Notes under the pieces: generated by a model
Database searches by the model: none
What the model was told of the DNA's origin: nothing
What the model saw: the letters and a program-made list of their open reading frames with translations, nothing else
Part shown: positions 9,501-18,396 of the stretch, one piece after another
Layout of the letters: every line of letters begins with the position of its first letter
How positions within the stretch are numbered: position 1 is the stretch's first letter
NCBI GenBank assembly: GCA_000092065.1
Contig: CP000591.1
DNA length: 64,000 bases
Origin: Ostreococcus lucimarinus
Taxonomy: Eukaryota
Strand: one strand, 5' to 3'
Translations under genes and position numbers: made by a program

Positions 9501-10900
9501 GGGCGTTTTACCTCACACGATTCTTCGACGCGTTGATTTACGTGTTTCTTCCTCAAATCAACATAACCATTATTCGTTTGGTGCAAGGACGAAACTTGCG
9601 TCATCGCATGACGGGTCGAACGGTTGTCATCGGCGACGTTCCGTGGGTCGCACAGGCTGCAGATGCGTTTCTGTCAAAGATTTTTGCATGCTCGTACTCT
9701 GCCGCTGGGTTGAACGTTCTCAGTGGTAATCCAAACGATCATCTCGTGCACCGACACACGCACCGCGTCGTTCGCGGCGCATTGCTCGTGGTCGGTCGTC
9801 CCGACGGTAGGCTCGCCGCGCTAACGTCCGCTGAGGCGACGACATCGCTCTCGCTCGCCCAAGCAAGTTCTATCCAAAGTTACGGCGGAACGTGCGAATC
9901 GATCACGATCGGGCACTCACCGTATAAGCTTCCACTATCAAAGAATGGTATCTTCCTCAAACGACACCGCCCGATGTACTTGTGCGAGAAGCTCGTGCTC
10001 GAGCGCGAGGGGGAAAAGAGTTTAGACGGTCGCTCGCCCGGCTCCTTGCTCGGCGTGTACAACAAGTATCACGAGGAAGGGGCGGAACTCTCTGTACATT
10101 CGCTTTCGCGTCGAAACGCGGTGCAAGTTCTCACAGCTTCGAGGATTAAGGCGGATAGACAGAAGGGTAATTTGCGCTCGGTGTTCGACGAAATCGACGT
10201 CAACCGCGACGGCAAACTATGCCTCGCTGAGTTCACGCAAGCGTACAAGAAAGTGGACGAATCGCTCACAGACGCACAAATAGCGAAGCTTTTCCGCGAT
10301 GCAGACGTTGACAACAGCGGTACATTGGACTACGATGAGTTTTGCGAAGTCATGAACCTTCCCGAAATGGACATGTTGAACATTCTCGAGGCAGATGCTC
10401 GAAACGAGGAAGGTTTGCTCATGGTGGAGCCGTCGCACGAAGATTATTTCGGGCAATCCATTCGACGAAGCGCACCGAAAAAGATCAAGGCGTACACTCT
10501 GGTGGAGTCTCAAGAGTTCAGCATGAGCTTGTACGAATCACGAATCGCGTCTTTGCAGCGCTTCGTCTCCATGACGGTGATGTTTCACCAAATGGGTGAC
10601 CGGGCTCAAAAGTTTTGGCGAAACGTCTCTTTCGGATATCTGGGATATCGCATGGATCGCACGCACAGTATCATGCGTATCGCCACCACGGCCTCACCCG
10701 TGAGCGGCGCTGAAGTGCGCGACCGGCGTCATTTTATCGCCCTCGTCACCGCGTTCAACAACGCGCTCGGCGTCATCGACAACTCCGGCCACATTCTTCT
10801 CTCTCGAAGACGCACGGAAAGCTACCGCCTCACATCGCGGCAAAAGTCCGCCGCGAGGCTTTCGCGTCAGAGCTCCGTCGCTAGCGCCACTGGCGCGTGA
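6584..10900 (+). CDS. GFAT-like protein: class-II glutamine amidotransferase domain + two SIS domains + transmembrane segments + C-terminal EF-hand pair
   Basis: Single 1438-aa ORF. 'CGNFGIIL...GHTRFATTS...ITHNGDFDFY' matches the GFAT N-terminal Ntn-amidotransferase (MCGIFAY / HTRWATHG / HNGIITNY). 'VIVVSHSGGTFAPL' matches the SIS motif S-x-SGET. A second SIS-like block follows hydrophobic helices. DxDxDG EF-hands: 'DVNRDGKLCLAEF' and 'DVDNSGTLDYDEF'. Confidence 0.8.
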   Translation: MSFDLRCAVLCYALAGVAHELAHVLAHAALALAKRRGSVAVFDACAALDARASPSSLAATLARALGRWSAFADALDDASCANARAIVRWAGALASLGAAAAATTRTRGDKSGTSAALRVACWATVLDAVCTDVLDALPRARGTVLCGNFGIILINAAWCESERGKRAFDLLEKMVYVTMMRGAQSGGVVTFDECREKARGEGAAVALRGARSRVVNMKRTDLSKLVRAKAERDCGGAKMGRQNVTRMIVGHTRFATTSKATFDGTHPHQWSPPQQCLVYGQKQKTPGPTRVGVENYITHNGDFDFYQINKNWYELGEMQRWLEIATGHPMPSVVDSAAIAGVIDLLRAQGSFALAARFAVCVGLNTSDASKDAPVPTLAKFEEIARYFENALDASLSAGKHTVRELGFQASTRELLTEKVVSALEGEGKAAIECINYYIDEEMGSSLRHFVRSTIDAFFDNDSLFVTKTFLANAKGSFGLMVTNSLDAHRQLCVAARGQTISIAFYPKKGLICYGSEQAAVKAGLSIPTPGGDVLASVHGGEFGDDNAAVRLDLDDLNGEICLLDWEDGDEPAVSFPNSHLEQYPLMGGKVTVVLAAEGTSGVSKSTIGTPAQSLVMRKPSLHVGVSVDKKLFRRMTRLEGNDLIKPLLPDREDLVLHDIHDIPKILRNIQEDWQNRPQATISLNRLTAWNLARCLRRRLDRRLNSTTKSSRSIDVVVTGCEVSLWLAEQFAADLQQAFPRLTVKAVSSNKILGLFGQDIPIPTVGFPDSKKNDDFTDSVVIVVSHSGGTFAPLATSNLLVSSTSSIFVVASEWDTQIGKQLRAIKSDGAFCSRIFSTDVGVRPAEPCSVSVAATQQLLTQIFMHMSLVILGNADYRKYAGAVVTKHDLAELERCNQMNITALEEIVGVKATGEKVDSSTERSLRAQGDEWSDHVLEGVKGWMMSFAYIVGTVTAGYPLITGVAAACGLAATWAFYLTRFFDALIYVFLPQINITIIRLVQGRNLRHRMTGRTVVIGDVPWVAQAADAFLSKIFACSYSAAGLNVLSGNPNDHLVHRHTHRVVRGALLVVGRPDGRLAALTSAEATTSLSLAQASSIQSYGGTCESITIGHSPYKLPLSKNGIFLKRHRPMYLCEKLVLEREGEKSLDGRSPGSLLGVYNKYHEEGAELSVHSLSRRNAVQVLTASRIKADRQKGNLRSVFDEIDVNRDGKLCLAEFTQAYKKVDESLTDAQIAKLFRDADVDNSGTLDYDEFCEVMNLPEMDMLNILEADARNEEGLLMVEPSHEDYFGQSIRRSAPKKIKAYTLVESQEFSMSLYESRIASLQRFVSMTVMFHQMGDRAQKFWRNVSFGYLGYRMDRTHSIMRIATTASPVSGAEVRDRRHFIALVTAFNNALGVIDNSGHILLSRRRTESYRLTSRQKSAARLSRQSSVASATGA

Positions 10901-10990
10901 ATCTAGCGCATCTCGCGCCCATTTGTTTTAATACCGAAGCGCCGTCGCGTCTCGCTCTCGTCCCGCCCTCGCCCCAGACCTCGCCGCGCG

Positions 10991-12370
10991 ATGCGCCGCC
11001 GCGCCCTCGCGCGCGCGCTCGCGCGCTGGTGCGACGCGCCGTTGTCGTCGTCTCGTCCGTCGCCTCGCGCGCGAACGATCGCCCGCGCGTCGTCGACGAA
11101 GCCAAACGACGACGACGAAAACTTTGTCCCGAGCGCCAAAGCGCGCGCCTTCATGCGCGCGTTAAACCTTCGCGACGACGATCTCACGACCGCTCGCGAC
11201 GAGGTGCGACCGAGGGACAAAGCTTACGTCGATCGGCGTCGCGTGCGCGCGGAGGGAGGACGCGGCGGCGGCGGGGTGGCGTCGTTCGCGATGGATGGCG
11301 GTTCGCGGCGGCGACGCGGCGCCGACGGCGGCGACGGCGGTAAGGGCGGCGACGTCGTTCTCGTGGCATGCGCGCGGACGAAAGGGCTGGGAGACGTGAA
11401 GAATTTATTGCGAGGCGCGACGGGAGGTGCGGGAGGGGCGCAGGGACGGATCGGGAGTCGAGGCGCGGACGCGCGCGCGCGCGTGCCGCTAGGGACCATC
11501 GTGTGGCGCGAACTCGCGGACGGCGACGACGACGGCGGCGGCGGCGCGATCGATTTCACGCACTGGGGCACGGATTCACCGGTATCGTCGACGGCGGACG
11601 CGTCGGAAAGCGACGATGAATCGCGAGTGAATGAGAATGGTTGGACGCGGCCGCGCGGGCTCAGTAGAGGCGAATGGCTCGTCGTCGCCGACTTGACGCG
11701 CGACGGACAAACGTGCGTGCTCGCCCGAGGCGGGAAGGGAGGTAAAGGGAATAAACGCATGCCCGTTGGACGCGAAGCCGGGACGCGCGAGCCGGGCGCT
11801 CCGGGTGAAGAAGGTAAATTCGTGTTGGAGTTGAAAACCGTCGCCGACGTCGGGCTGGTGGGACTGCCGAACGCGGGAAAAAGCACGCTCTTGCGCGCTT
11901 TGTCCAACGCGACGCCGCGCGTCGGGTCTTACGCGTTCACCACGATGCAACCACAACTTGGCGCGGTATCGGCAACGGACGGCGAGACGATCACGCTGGC
12001 AGACATTCCCGGCTTGATCAAAGGGGCACACGAAAACAAAGGGTTGGGGCATAATTTCTTGCGACACGTCGAGCGATGCGAGGCGTTGGCGTACGTGGTA
12101 GATTTATCGAGCGGCGACGGCGTCAAACCTTGGGATGCGTTGGATATCCTCAAGCGCGAGTTGGAGGAGTACTTACCAGGACTTTCTAAACGCCCTGGGT
12201 TCATCGTCGCGACGAAGACGGATTTGCCGCACACGGCGCGGACGTTGAAGGCGCTTCGAGCGCGCACGGCGCCTACGCCCGTCTTTGCTGTGTCAGCGGC
12301 GAATCGCGAAGGCACGGACGAGGTTCTTCGCGTGTTTGAGAACGAAATCATAGGAAATAGACGAGTGTAG
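10991..12370 (+). CDS. OBG: Obg-family GTPase (organellar ObgC/ObgM-like)
   Basis: N-terminal glycine-rich Obg fold, then a G domain with 'GLVGLPNAGKST', 'DIPGLIKGA' and 'ATKTDL'. A basic N-terminal presequence precedes them. Confidence 0.85.
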   Translation: MRRRALARALARWCDAPLSSSRPSPRARTIARASSTKPNDDDENFVPSAKARAFMRALNLRDDDLTTARDEVRPRDKAYVDRRRVRAEGGRGGGGVASFAMDGGSRRRRGADGGDGGKGGDVVLVACARTKGLGDVKNLLRGATGGAGGAQGRIGSRGADARARVPLGTIVWRELADGDDDGGGGAIDFTHWGTDSPVSSTADASESDDESRVNENGWTRPRGLSRGEWLVVADLTRDGQTCVLARGGKGGKGNKRMPVGREAGTREPGAPGEEGKFVLELKTVADVGLVGLPNAGKSTLLRALSNATPRVGSYAFTTMQPQLGAVSATDGETITLADIPGLIKGAHENKGLGHNFLRHVERCEALAYVVDLSSGDGVKPWDALDILKRELEEYLPGLSKRPGFIVATKTDLPHTARTLKALRARTAPTPVFAVSAANREGTDEVLRVFENEIIGNRRV

Positions 12371-12421
12371 CGATTTAGCGACAGATGTAGATAACTAACA
12401 AGAACTAGAGGTGCAGTAAGT

Positions 12422-13798
12422 TTACGCCGATTGCCGCGTTGGACGCGCGCTTCGCGCATTGGGCGCGCGCTCCTTTTTCGACGACGATTTCCGAGCGGGC
12501 GCGCGCGCCTTACTCTCACGAGTACTCCCTTCCAATGGCGAAAGCTCAGCATCTCGTTCTCGCTCTGCCGCCGCGTTCAGCTTGCGTTGCCACGAAATCA
12601 AGTACGCCGCCGTCGTCGTGACGGCGACGATCCACGCGATGACTACGTGACGAGGCCAAGGAGCGGTGAATTTACCGCGACCGTTTTTCACGACGACCAA
12701 AAATTCAACGATGAGCACCGCGAGCGCTAACCACGCGTTCGGGCCGAGCTTGGCCTCCCCCACGTCCGGGGTTTCGATGAAGACGTAATATTCGCGAATC
12801 GCGATGTTAGACATGGCGAACCACAACCCGAGACGGTACAAGCAAAAGTTGTGCGACGGCGGCACGTGCAAGACGAACTTCATGAAGAACAGGTTCAAGT
12901 CAAACACCAACCCACAAAACACGAGAAACGCGCACTTCAAGAACCGACTGGGCGATCCGGTGGGACGCCACGTGTAGTGATCGACGCTCGCCGGCGTGAG
13001 CGACGTCAAAACCGTCTTCAGCGCTCCGCGCACCGGCGAACGCGGCGGCTCCTTCGCCGCCGCCGATCGAGACGACGCCTTCTTCCCGCTCCAATCGTGA
13101 AATTTCCCACGCATGAACTTCACGAGCCACATTCCCGCACAGATGCCCAACAAGTTACAAATCATCACGTCCCACACCCACATGTCCCACCAGCACTCGT
13201 TAAAATTGGGTTGCCAGTGCTCAAACGTCAGCTCGCACAGCTCGAACGCGATTGAATACGCCCACAACAACCCCCAATCCCTGATCGCCACCGCCTTACC
13301 GAACCATCCCAGCACGTGAGCCACGGTAAACTCATCGAACAGCGTTTCGTACACGATTCCAAACGATCCGCTTCGATGTCCCGGCGTGTACACGCGGCAA
13401 TCGCCGCCGTAGCTCCTCGTCGGCAGCGGCGTCCCCAAGTCGTCCCAAAAGAATTTCAGCATCTTTTGCGCGTCCGCGGGCGTTTGAAACAGCAGCACTA
13501 TCAACGCCAGAAGGTACATCGTGAACGCCGCGTGCACCACCTTCCACACCGCCGCGTGCGGTCGCGTCATGTGCGTCGCCGGTCCCTGCAGCGCGCCGTA
13601 CGCCAGGTACGCGCCCAGCGCGCCCGTCGCGCCTCGACGGATCCCGTCCTCCGTCGTCCATCGCGCGTCGTTCGCGTCGTTCGCGAACGCGTGCGTGGCG
13701 ACCGCCAGCGCGACCGCGCCGCACGCGAGCATCGTGAGCGTGTGCGGCGAGCGCGCGAGTCGCGCGACCGTCGACGTGCTATTCTCGGCCCATCGCAT
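12422..13798 (-). CDS. PSS: phosphatidylserine synthase, base-exchange type (PTDSS-like)
   Basis: Multi-TM protein with PTDSS-family blocks 'FTVAHVLGWFGKA...WAYSIAFELCELTFEHWQPNFNECWWD'. ATG at 13798 (rc CAT 13796-13798). The ORF extension above 13798 is low-complexity and discounted. Confidence 0.8.
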   Translation of the reverse strand: MRWAENSTSTVARLARSPHTLTMLACGAVALAVATHAFANDANDARWTTEDGIRRGATGALGAYLAYGALQGPATHMTRPHAAVWKVVHAAFTMYLLALIVLLFQTPADAQKMLKFFWDDLGTPLPTRSYGGDCRVYTPGHRSGSFGIVYETLFDEFTVAHVLGWFGKAVAIRDWGLLWAYSIAFELCELTFEHWQPNFNECWWDMWVWDVMICNLLGICAGMWLVKFMRGKFHDWSGKKASSRSAAAKEPPRSPVRGALKTVLTSLTPASVDHYTWRPTGSPSRFLKCAFLVFCGLVFDLNLFFMKFVLHVPPSHNFCLYRLGLWFAMSNIAIREYYVFIETPDVGEAKLGPNAWLALAVLIVEFLVVVKNGRGKFTAPWPRHVVIAWIVAVTTTAAYLISWQRKLNAAAERERDAELSPLEGSTRESKARAPARKSSSKKERAPNARSARPTRQSA

Positions 13799-14015
13799 CT
13801 TCGCGCGCGCGTCGCGTCGAGCGCGTCGCGCGCCCGGCGCGGCGCGCGGTGCGTTCGCGCGCGGCGCGCGGTGCGTTCGCGCGCGCGGTGCGCGTCGAGC
13901 GTTCGCGCGCGTCGGCCGTCGCGCGTCTCGAAGTGAAGATTTGTCGTCGACGGTGCATCGCGTCCACGCGCGCGCGAACGCGACCGCCACACGCGCGCGC
14001 GCGCGCGACGACGCG

Positions 14016-16295
14016 ATGCACCGCGCGCGCGACGACGCGCGCGACGACGCGCGCGACGACGGCGACGACGCGCGCGACGACGCGCGCGACGGCGCGAACG
14101 ATTGGATGCGAGCGATTGAAAATCTCCAACCGACGACGCCGCGCGGCTGCGCCGCGTGCGCGGTGCTGGTCGCGATCGCGCTCAAGGCGACGACGGCGAA
14201 CGAGTCGTCGTTCGCGCTCGGCGCGCTCGTCGGGTGCGCGGGAACGCTCGCGGCGCAGGTGGCGGCGGTGACGCGCGCGGTGCGAGCGAACGCGGCGGCG
14301 ACGGCGGCGCGAGAGGTCGCGGACGCGGCGGCGCGGGAGGAGTTCGATCGCGGGCGCGACGACGACGCGAGAAACGGGGACGAGGGGCGGAACGCGGGCG
14401 TCGGGGCGACGACGAGCGTCGGGGAGGCGCCGCATTCGGGATGGATCGTGGTCGCGCGAGCGAACGCGAAGAGCGCGAAGGGCGCGGCGGCGAGCGGCGA
14501 GAAGAAGTTTGCGCGATTGACGCGCGATGGGAGGTTGCAGCTCGCGAATGAGCGCGGTGGAGAGGTGGTGGACGTGATCGATCTGTGCGGGTGCGATGTG
14601 GCGTTGACGAAGTTTCCGGGATTGGAAAAGCCGACGGAGTTGCGATGGCACAAGTCGACGCCGATGGTGGTGCGTCACGGCGATCGCGCGGTGTATCGAT
14701 CGATGAAGACGGTGTGGCTGTTTGCGTTGTCGTCACCGGCAAAAGAGGCGTGGTTCGTGGCGCTGATGACGTGCGTGGAGCGTTTGCGCGCGGAGAGTGG
14801 CGGCGCCGAAGCGGACGCGCGCGCGCTCGACCGCATGCGCGTCGAGGCGGATGATTTCGCAAAGTTTACGCAAGAGACGAAGAAATACAAGGAAGAATCC
14901 GCGCGGCGAGACGCACACGCGCAAGGCACGCACTCTGCGGGCGCGGGTACGGCTGGGGCGACGATAAACGCTCTTGGATCGAGGCTGCTATTCGACATGT
15001 TTCGCGACGAGCGTTGGCAACTCGAGCAAAAGGAAAAGTTGGTCAACAAGATGAATAACGCTCCGGGCACGCCCAAGTTTGTCGGTACGTTTGAGATCAC
15101 GCATATCGACTTCGGATCAACGGTGCCGCACATCATTAGCGCTCGCGTGCCGAGCTTTAGCTCGTCGAGCGCGCCCTGGGATGGCGCCTCTATGCCGGGG
15201 CGCGGCTTCTCGCACGCGCTCGAACTCGACGTCGAGTACGTTGGTCGGGCGACAATGACCGTGCAGACGCGCGTGGATTTGTCCAAGTACGCGCAAGACA
15301 TGGAGAGTGAGGCGAATAACGTGTCGAACGCGGAGTCCGTCGACGAAATCGCGCGGAGTTTTTCGAGTATAAAAAAGGCGGCGGCTCGCGAGGCGGCGAG
15401 AGTTGTCACCTCGCTTTCTGATACACTTAGCGCGACGCCGTTGCGCTTCACGCTAACCCTGAAGAAGTGTCAGGGCGTCATGCGTCTGTGGATTCCACCG
15501 CCCCCGGGCGATCGTTTGTGGTGGGGGTTGATCAAGGAGCCGGACATCGATCTTGAAATCATCCCCGAGCTCGGCGCCGCGGCGATCTCTCATGAGGGTA
15601 TCGCCTCGCGTGTCTCGCAATTCCTTCGCAACCTATTCGTTGCCGACATGCACTCCCAACTTCTGCTGCCGAACTGCGTCGCTGAGCCTTGGAAGGAGCT
15701 TCGACCGTTCGTAAGCGCGATGGAGTTGTCGCTCGCCGAGGCGGCGACGGAGGAGTTCTCGGCCTTGCAGCCGCCTTCGCCTTCGCCCTCACCAATCAAC
15801 ACTGAACGTGAACGTCCAGCTGAACGTGACCGTCCAGCAGTATCGAACGTGACGACGCCAGCGTCGACTCCCAGACCCTCGTTCGACACCCCCACGTCAC
15901 CACCGCCCGAGCAAGTGATGGAGAGTCCACCTGTGTCGCCGAAAGCGTCCGTCGCGCCCATCGCCGCCGTGAGCGCGTCGCTCCCATCCTCCCCCACCGC
16001 CACCATCACCGGTCTCGCGACGACGACATCTACCGAGCCGCCACCCAAACGTCCAGCATCCGAAGACATCCAAGCCAAGCCAACGTCGTCTTTCTTCGCC
16101 CAGGCGAAATCGTTCACGCAAAAGCTCGAACGTTCCTTCGGCGACGACTTCAAGGATTTCACCGCCGCCGTCAAAGACGCCGGCGTCGCCGGCGGATTGA
16201 AGCACGTCTCCAAGAACATCGAAAAAGTTATCGCGCCGACGTCAAGCAAAGATCCCGCGCAACCATCCTCTTCGAATGTGTTAAAGAACGATTAG
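14016..16295 (+). CDS. PH + SMP domain lipid-transfer protein (TEX2/Nvj2-like)
   Basis: N-terminal TM helix, a PH-like region 'GWIVV...FARLTRDGRLQL...WLFAL' and an SMP-like block 'LLFDMFRDERWQLEQKEKLVNKMN...FVGTFEITHIDFGS'. A long Ser/Pro/Thr-rich tail follows. First ATG after the PSS start region is 14016. Confidence 0.6.
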   Translation: MHRARDDARDDARDDGDDARDDARDGANDWMRAIENLQPTTPRGCAACAVLVAIALKATTANESSFALGALVGCAGTLAAQVAAVTRAVRANAAATAAREVADAAAREEFDRGRDDDARNGDEGRNAGVGATTSVGEAPHSGWIVVARANAKSAKGAAASGEKKFARLTRDGRLQLANERGGEVVDVIDLCGCDVALTKFPGLEKPTELRWHKSTPMVVRHGDRAVYRSMKTVWLFALSSPAKEAWFVALMTCVERLRAESGGAEADARALDRMRVEADDFAKFTQETKKYKEESARRDAHAQGTHSAGAGTAGATINALGSRLLFDMFRDERWQLEQKEKLVNKMNNAPGTPKFVGTFEITHIDFGSTVPHIISARVPSFSSSSAPWDGASMPGRGFSHALELDVEYVGRATMTVQTRVDLSKYAQDMESEANNVSNAESVDEIARSFSSIKKAAAREAARVVTSLSDTLSATPLRFTLTLKKCQGVMRLWIPPPPGDRLWWGLIKEPDIDLEIIPELGAAAISHEGIASRVSQFLRNLFVADMHSQLLLPNCVAEPWKELRPFVSAMELSLAEAATEEFSALQPPSPSPSPINTERERPAERDRPAVSNVTTPASTPRPSFDTPTSPPPEQVMESPPVSPKASVAPIAAVSASLPSSPTATITGLATTTSTEPPPKRPASEDIQAKPTSSFFAQAKSFTQKLERSFGDDFKDFTAAVKDAGVAGGLKHVSKNIEKVIAPTSSKDPAQPSSSNVLKND

Positions 16296-16315
16296 CCCGT
16301 CGCCGCGCTCAAAAA

Positions 16316-16329
16316 TTTGAAATTTCAAA
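16316..16329. repeat. perfect 14-bp palindrome TTTGAAATTTCAAA in AT-rich 3' region
   Basis: Read directly from the sequence. It lies about 20 nt after the stop of the SMP-protein gene. Confidence 0.5.
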
Positions 16330-16477
16330 CCAGCTGTCGCAACTTCACGTCGACGTCCCCACACCGCGACGCTCGTCGCGCGTCCGACGGACGACGACGC
16401 GAACCGCGCGCAAACCCTGCGCGTGCTGCGCCCCCGGCTCGTCGTTCAATCGCTTCGCCTGCGCGCTCGCCGACGCC

Positions 16478-17494
16478 ATGGCTGCGGCGAAACGAAAACC
16501 ATCCGCGAGCGCCGCGTCGATGAAATCCTTCGACGACGACGTGCCGAGCGAGCGCGACGCGCTGAAAACGTGGAACGACATGGACGACGCCGCGCTCGAG
16601 GTCGAGATCGCGAAATATCGCGACGCGGTGGCGCGGTTGAAGGCGGAGATCGTCGCGAAGGATGGCGATCGCGCGATCGATGGGGTGGACTGGTTCGAGT
16701 ACGAACGAGACGCGACGACGACGGTCGACGGCGCCGATGGCGGCGCCGCGGGAGGTGAGAACGACGACGAGGATGAAGAGCTTGGAAATATCGATGACAT
16801 CGATCCGCGGGAGTGGATGGTGCCGAAACAGTGCATCCCGGTGCACGCAAACGTGACGACGTACGACTGGAAGCCGATGTACGAACACGAACAGTTCGAC
16901 GTCATCATGATGGACCCGCCGTGGCAGTTGGCCACGGCGAATCCGACGCGCGGGGTGAGTTTGGGATACTCGCAATTGACGGATCAGCACATCGCAGACT
17001 TGCCGTTGCCGCAATTGCAAAAGAATGGGTTGTTGTTCGTGTGGGTGATCAACGCGAAGTATCAGTGGTGCCTCAATCAGTTTAAAAAATGGGGCTACGA
17101 ATTCGTGGACGAGATCGTGTGGGTGAAGGTGACGAAAACGAGACGACTGGCGAAGTCACACGGCTTTTATTTGCAGCACGCGAAGGAAGTGTGCCTGGTC
17201 GCCCGTCGAGGAGACGCGCCGCCGGGATTGAAGAACAGAGCCATCGGGAGCGATATCATCTTCGCTCCTCGTCGCGGGCAATCGCAAAAGCCGACGGAGA
17301 TTTACGAGCTCATCGAAGAGCTCGTGCCGAACGGGCGGTACTTGGAGATTTTTGCGCGTAAGAACAACCTGCGCGACTATTGGGTGTCCGTCGGGAACGA
17401 GGTCACGGGGACTGGTTTGCCTCCGGACGACGTCAAGGCGTTCGAAGAGCGCGGGCACATTCCGTCCGCGAAATACGGCGCGTCTAATCGATAG
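16478..17494 (+). CDS. MT-A70 family N6-adenosine methyltransferase, METTL3-like catalytic domain only
   Basis: Catalytic 'DPPW' motif in 'VIMMDPPWQL'. 'GLLFVWV', 'GYEFVDEIVWVK', 'KEVCLVARRG', 'QKPTEIYELIE' and 'LEIFARKNNLRDYWVSVGNEV' align with the METTL3 C-terminal domain. Only 338 aa. Confidence 0.8.
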   Translation: MAAAKRKPSASAASMKSFDDDVPSERDALKTWNDMDDAALEVEIAKYRDAVARLKAEIVAKDGDRAIDGVDWFEYERDATTTVDGADGGAAGGENDDEDEELGNIDDIDPREWMVPKQCIPVHANVTTYDWKPMYEHEQFDVIMMDPPWQLATANPTRGVSLGYSQLTDQHIADLPLPQLQKNGLLFVWVINAKYQWCLNQFKKWGYEFVDEIVWVKVTKTRRLAKSHGFYLQHAKEVCLVARRGDAPPGLKNRAIGSDIIFAPRRGQSQKPTEIYELIEELVPNGRYLEIFARKNNLRDYWVSVGNEVTGTGLPPDDVKAFEERGHIPSAKYGASNR

Positions 17495-17563
17495 TCGCGT
17501 CTTCTTAGCTCTCATTGTGATTGGTGATTTCCTGTGTGACTTAAATAACTACTGAAAAGTGAC

Positions 17564-18277
17564 TCAGAACCGCGTCACGTCCCAAAGCACCCCCCGCGTC
17601 GTCGTCGCGAGCACGGTGATAACCAACGGCACCACGATCGCCACCGCCAACCCCACGGTGAGTTCATTCCAGAACCCTTTACCCACGAATTGATCGCCCT
17701 CCCAATTTTCCGTGTACAAATCCGGCCGATCTTCGATCCTTTTCCCGTTCGCGTCTCTCGATCGCGTCGGCGTTTCGTTCTTCGCCTTGGCTCTCGCCTC
17801 GCGCGCCTCTTCCTCCGCCCTCTCCTCCTCGCTCATCGCCGCGGCGACCATCTCCTGCGTCACCGTTATTTCCTTCTCCAGCACGAACGTGATCTCTTCC
17901 GCTCGCGTCGACCGTATGGCATCCTTCACGAACGCCAAGCGTTCCGTATCCGAAATTATCCAAAGCTTGTCCGCGTCCCCCACCGGCGACGTCAACGCGC
18001 GCAGTCTTTGTCCCGGCACCACCCCCGCGCGCTCGCAATCGCTCTCGCGCGCGACGCCAGCGACGAATATCGCTCGTTCGTTGTCGCCGACGACGAGGGC
18101 ATCCCATTTGATGCACTTTCGCGCTTCTTCCGTCGTCATCCTGATGGTGTACTCGGTGCTCTGGTCCGTCGAGTCGAGGAGTTGTGCGCGGCGCGCGTGA
18201 TGCGCGCGGCGCGCGCGCGACGCGAGCGCGCGCGACATCGGCGCGTTCGCGCGATGGGCGCGCGCGGAGGCGAGCAT
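17564..18277 (-). CDS. hypothetical protein with N-terminal presequence and C-terminal TM anchor
   Basis: 237-aa ORF, ATG at 18277. It has a basic N-terminus, a central beta-rich region, an acidic helix and the C-terminal helix 'LTVGLAVAIVVPLVITVLATT'. No family recognised. Confidence 0.45.
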   Translation of the reverse strand: MLASARAHRANAPMSRALASRARRAHHARRAQLLDSTDQSTEYTIRMTTEEARKCIKWDALVVGDNERAIFVAGVARESDCERAGVVPGQRLRALTSPVGDADKLWIISDTERLAFVKDAIRSTRAEEITFVLEKEITVTQEMVAAAMSEEERAEEEAREARAKAKNETPTRSRDANGKRIEDRPDLYTENWEGDQFVGKGFWNELTVGLAVAIVVPLVITVLATTTRGVLWDVTRF

Positions 18278-18396
18278 GACGGCGGAAAGACGCGCGGCGC
18301 GGCGTTGTGAGGGCTCTATCCACTCGGCGAGCGGGACGACGAAGCCGAGCGTCGTCGCTCGATTGAAAATAAGCTATGGGCTACCGCTCCGACGCG

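Noticed and set aside
13799-14653. N-terminal 285-aa extension of the PSS ORF
   Set aside because: The extension is Ala/Ser/Arg-rich without conserved blocks. It overlaps the divergently transcribed SMP-protein gene, and the conserved PSS sequence begins at Met 13798.
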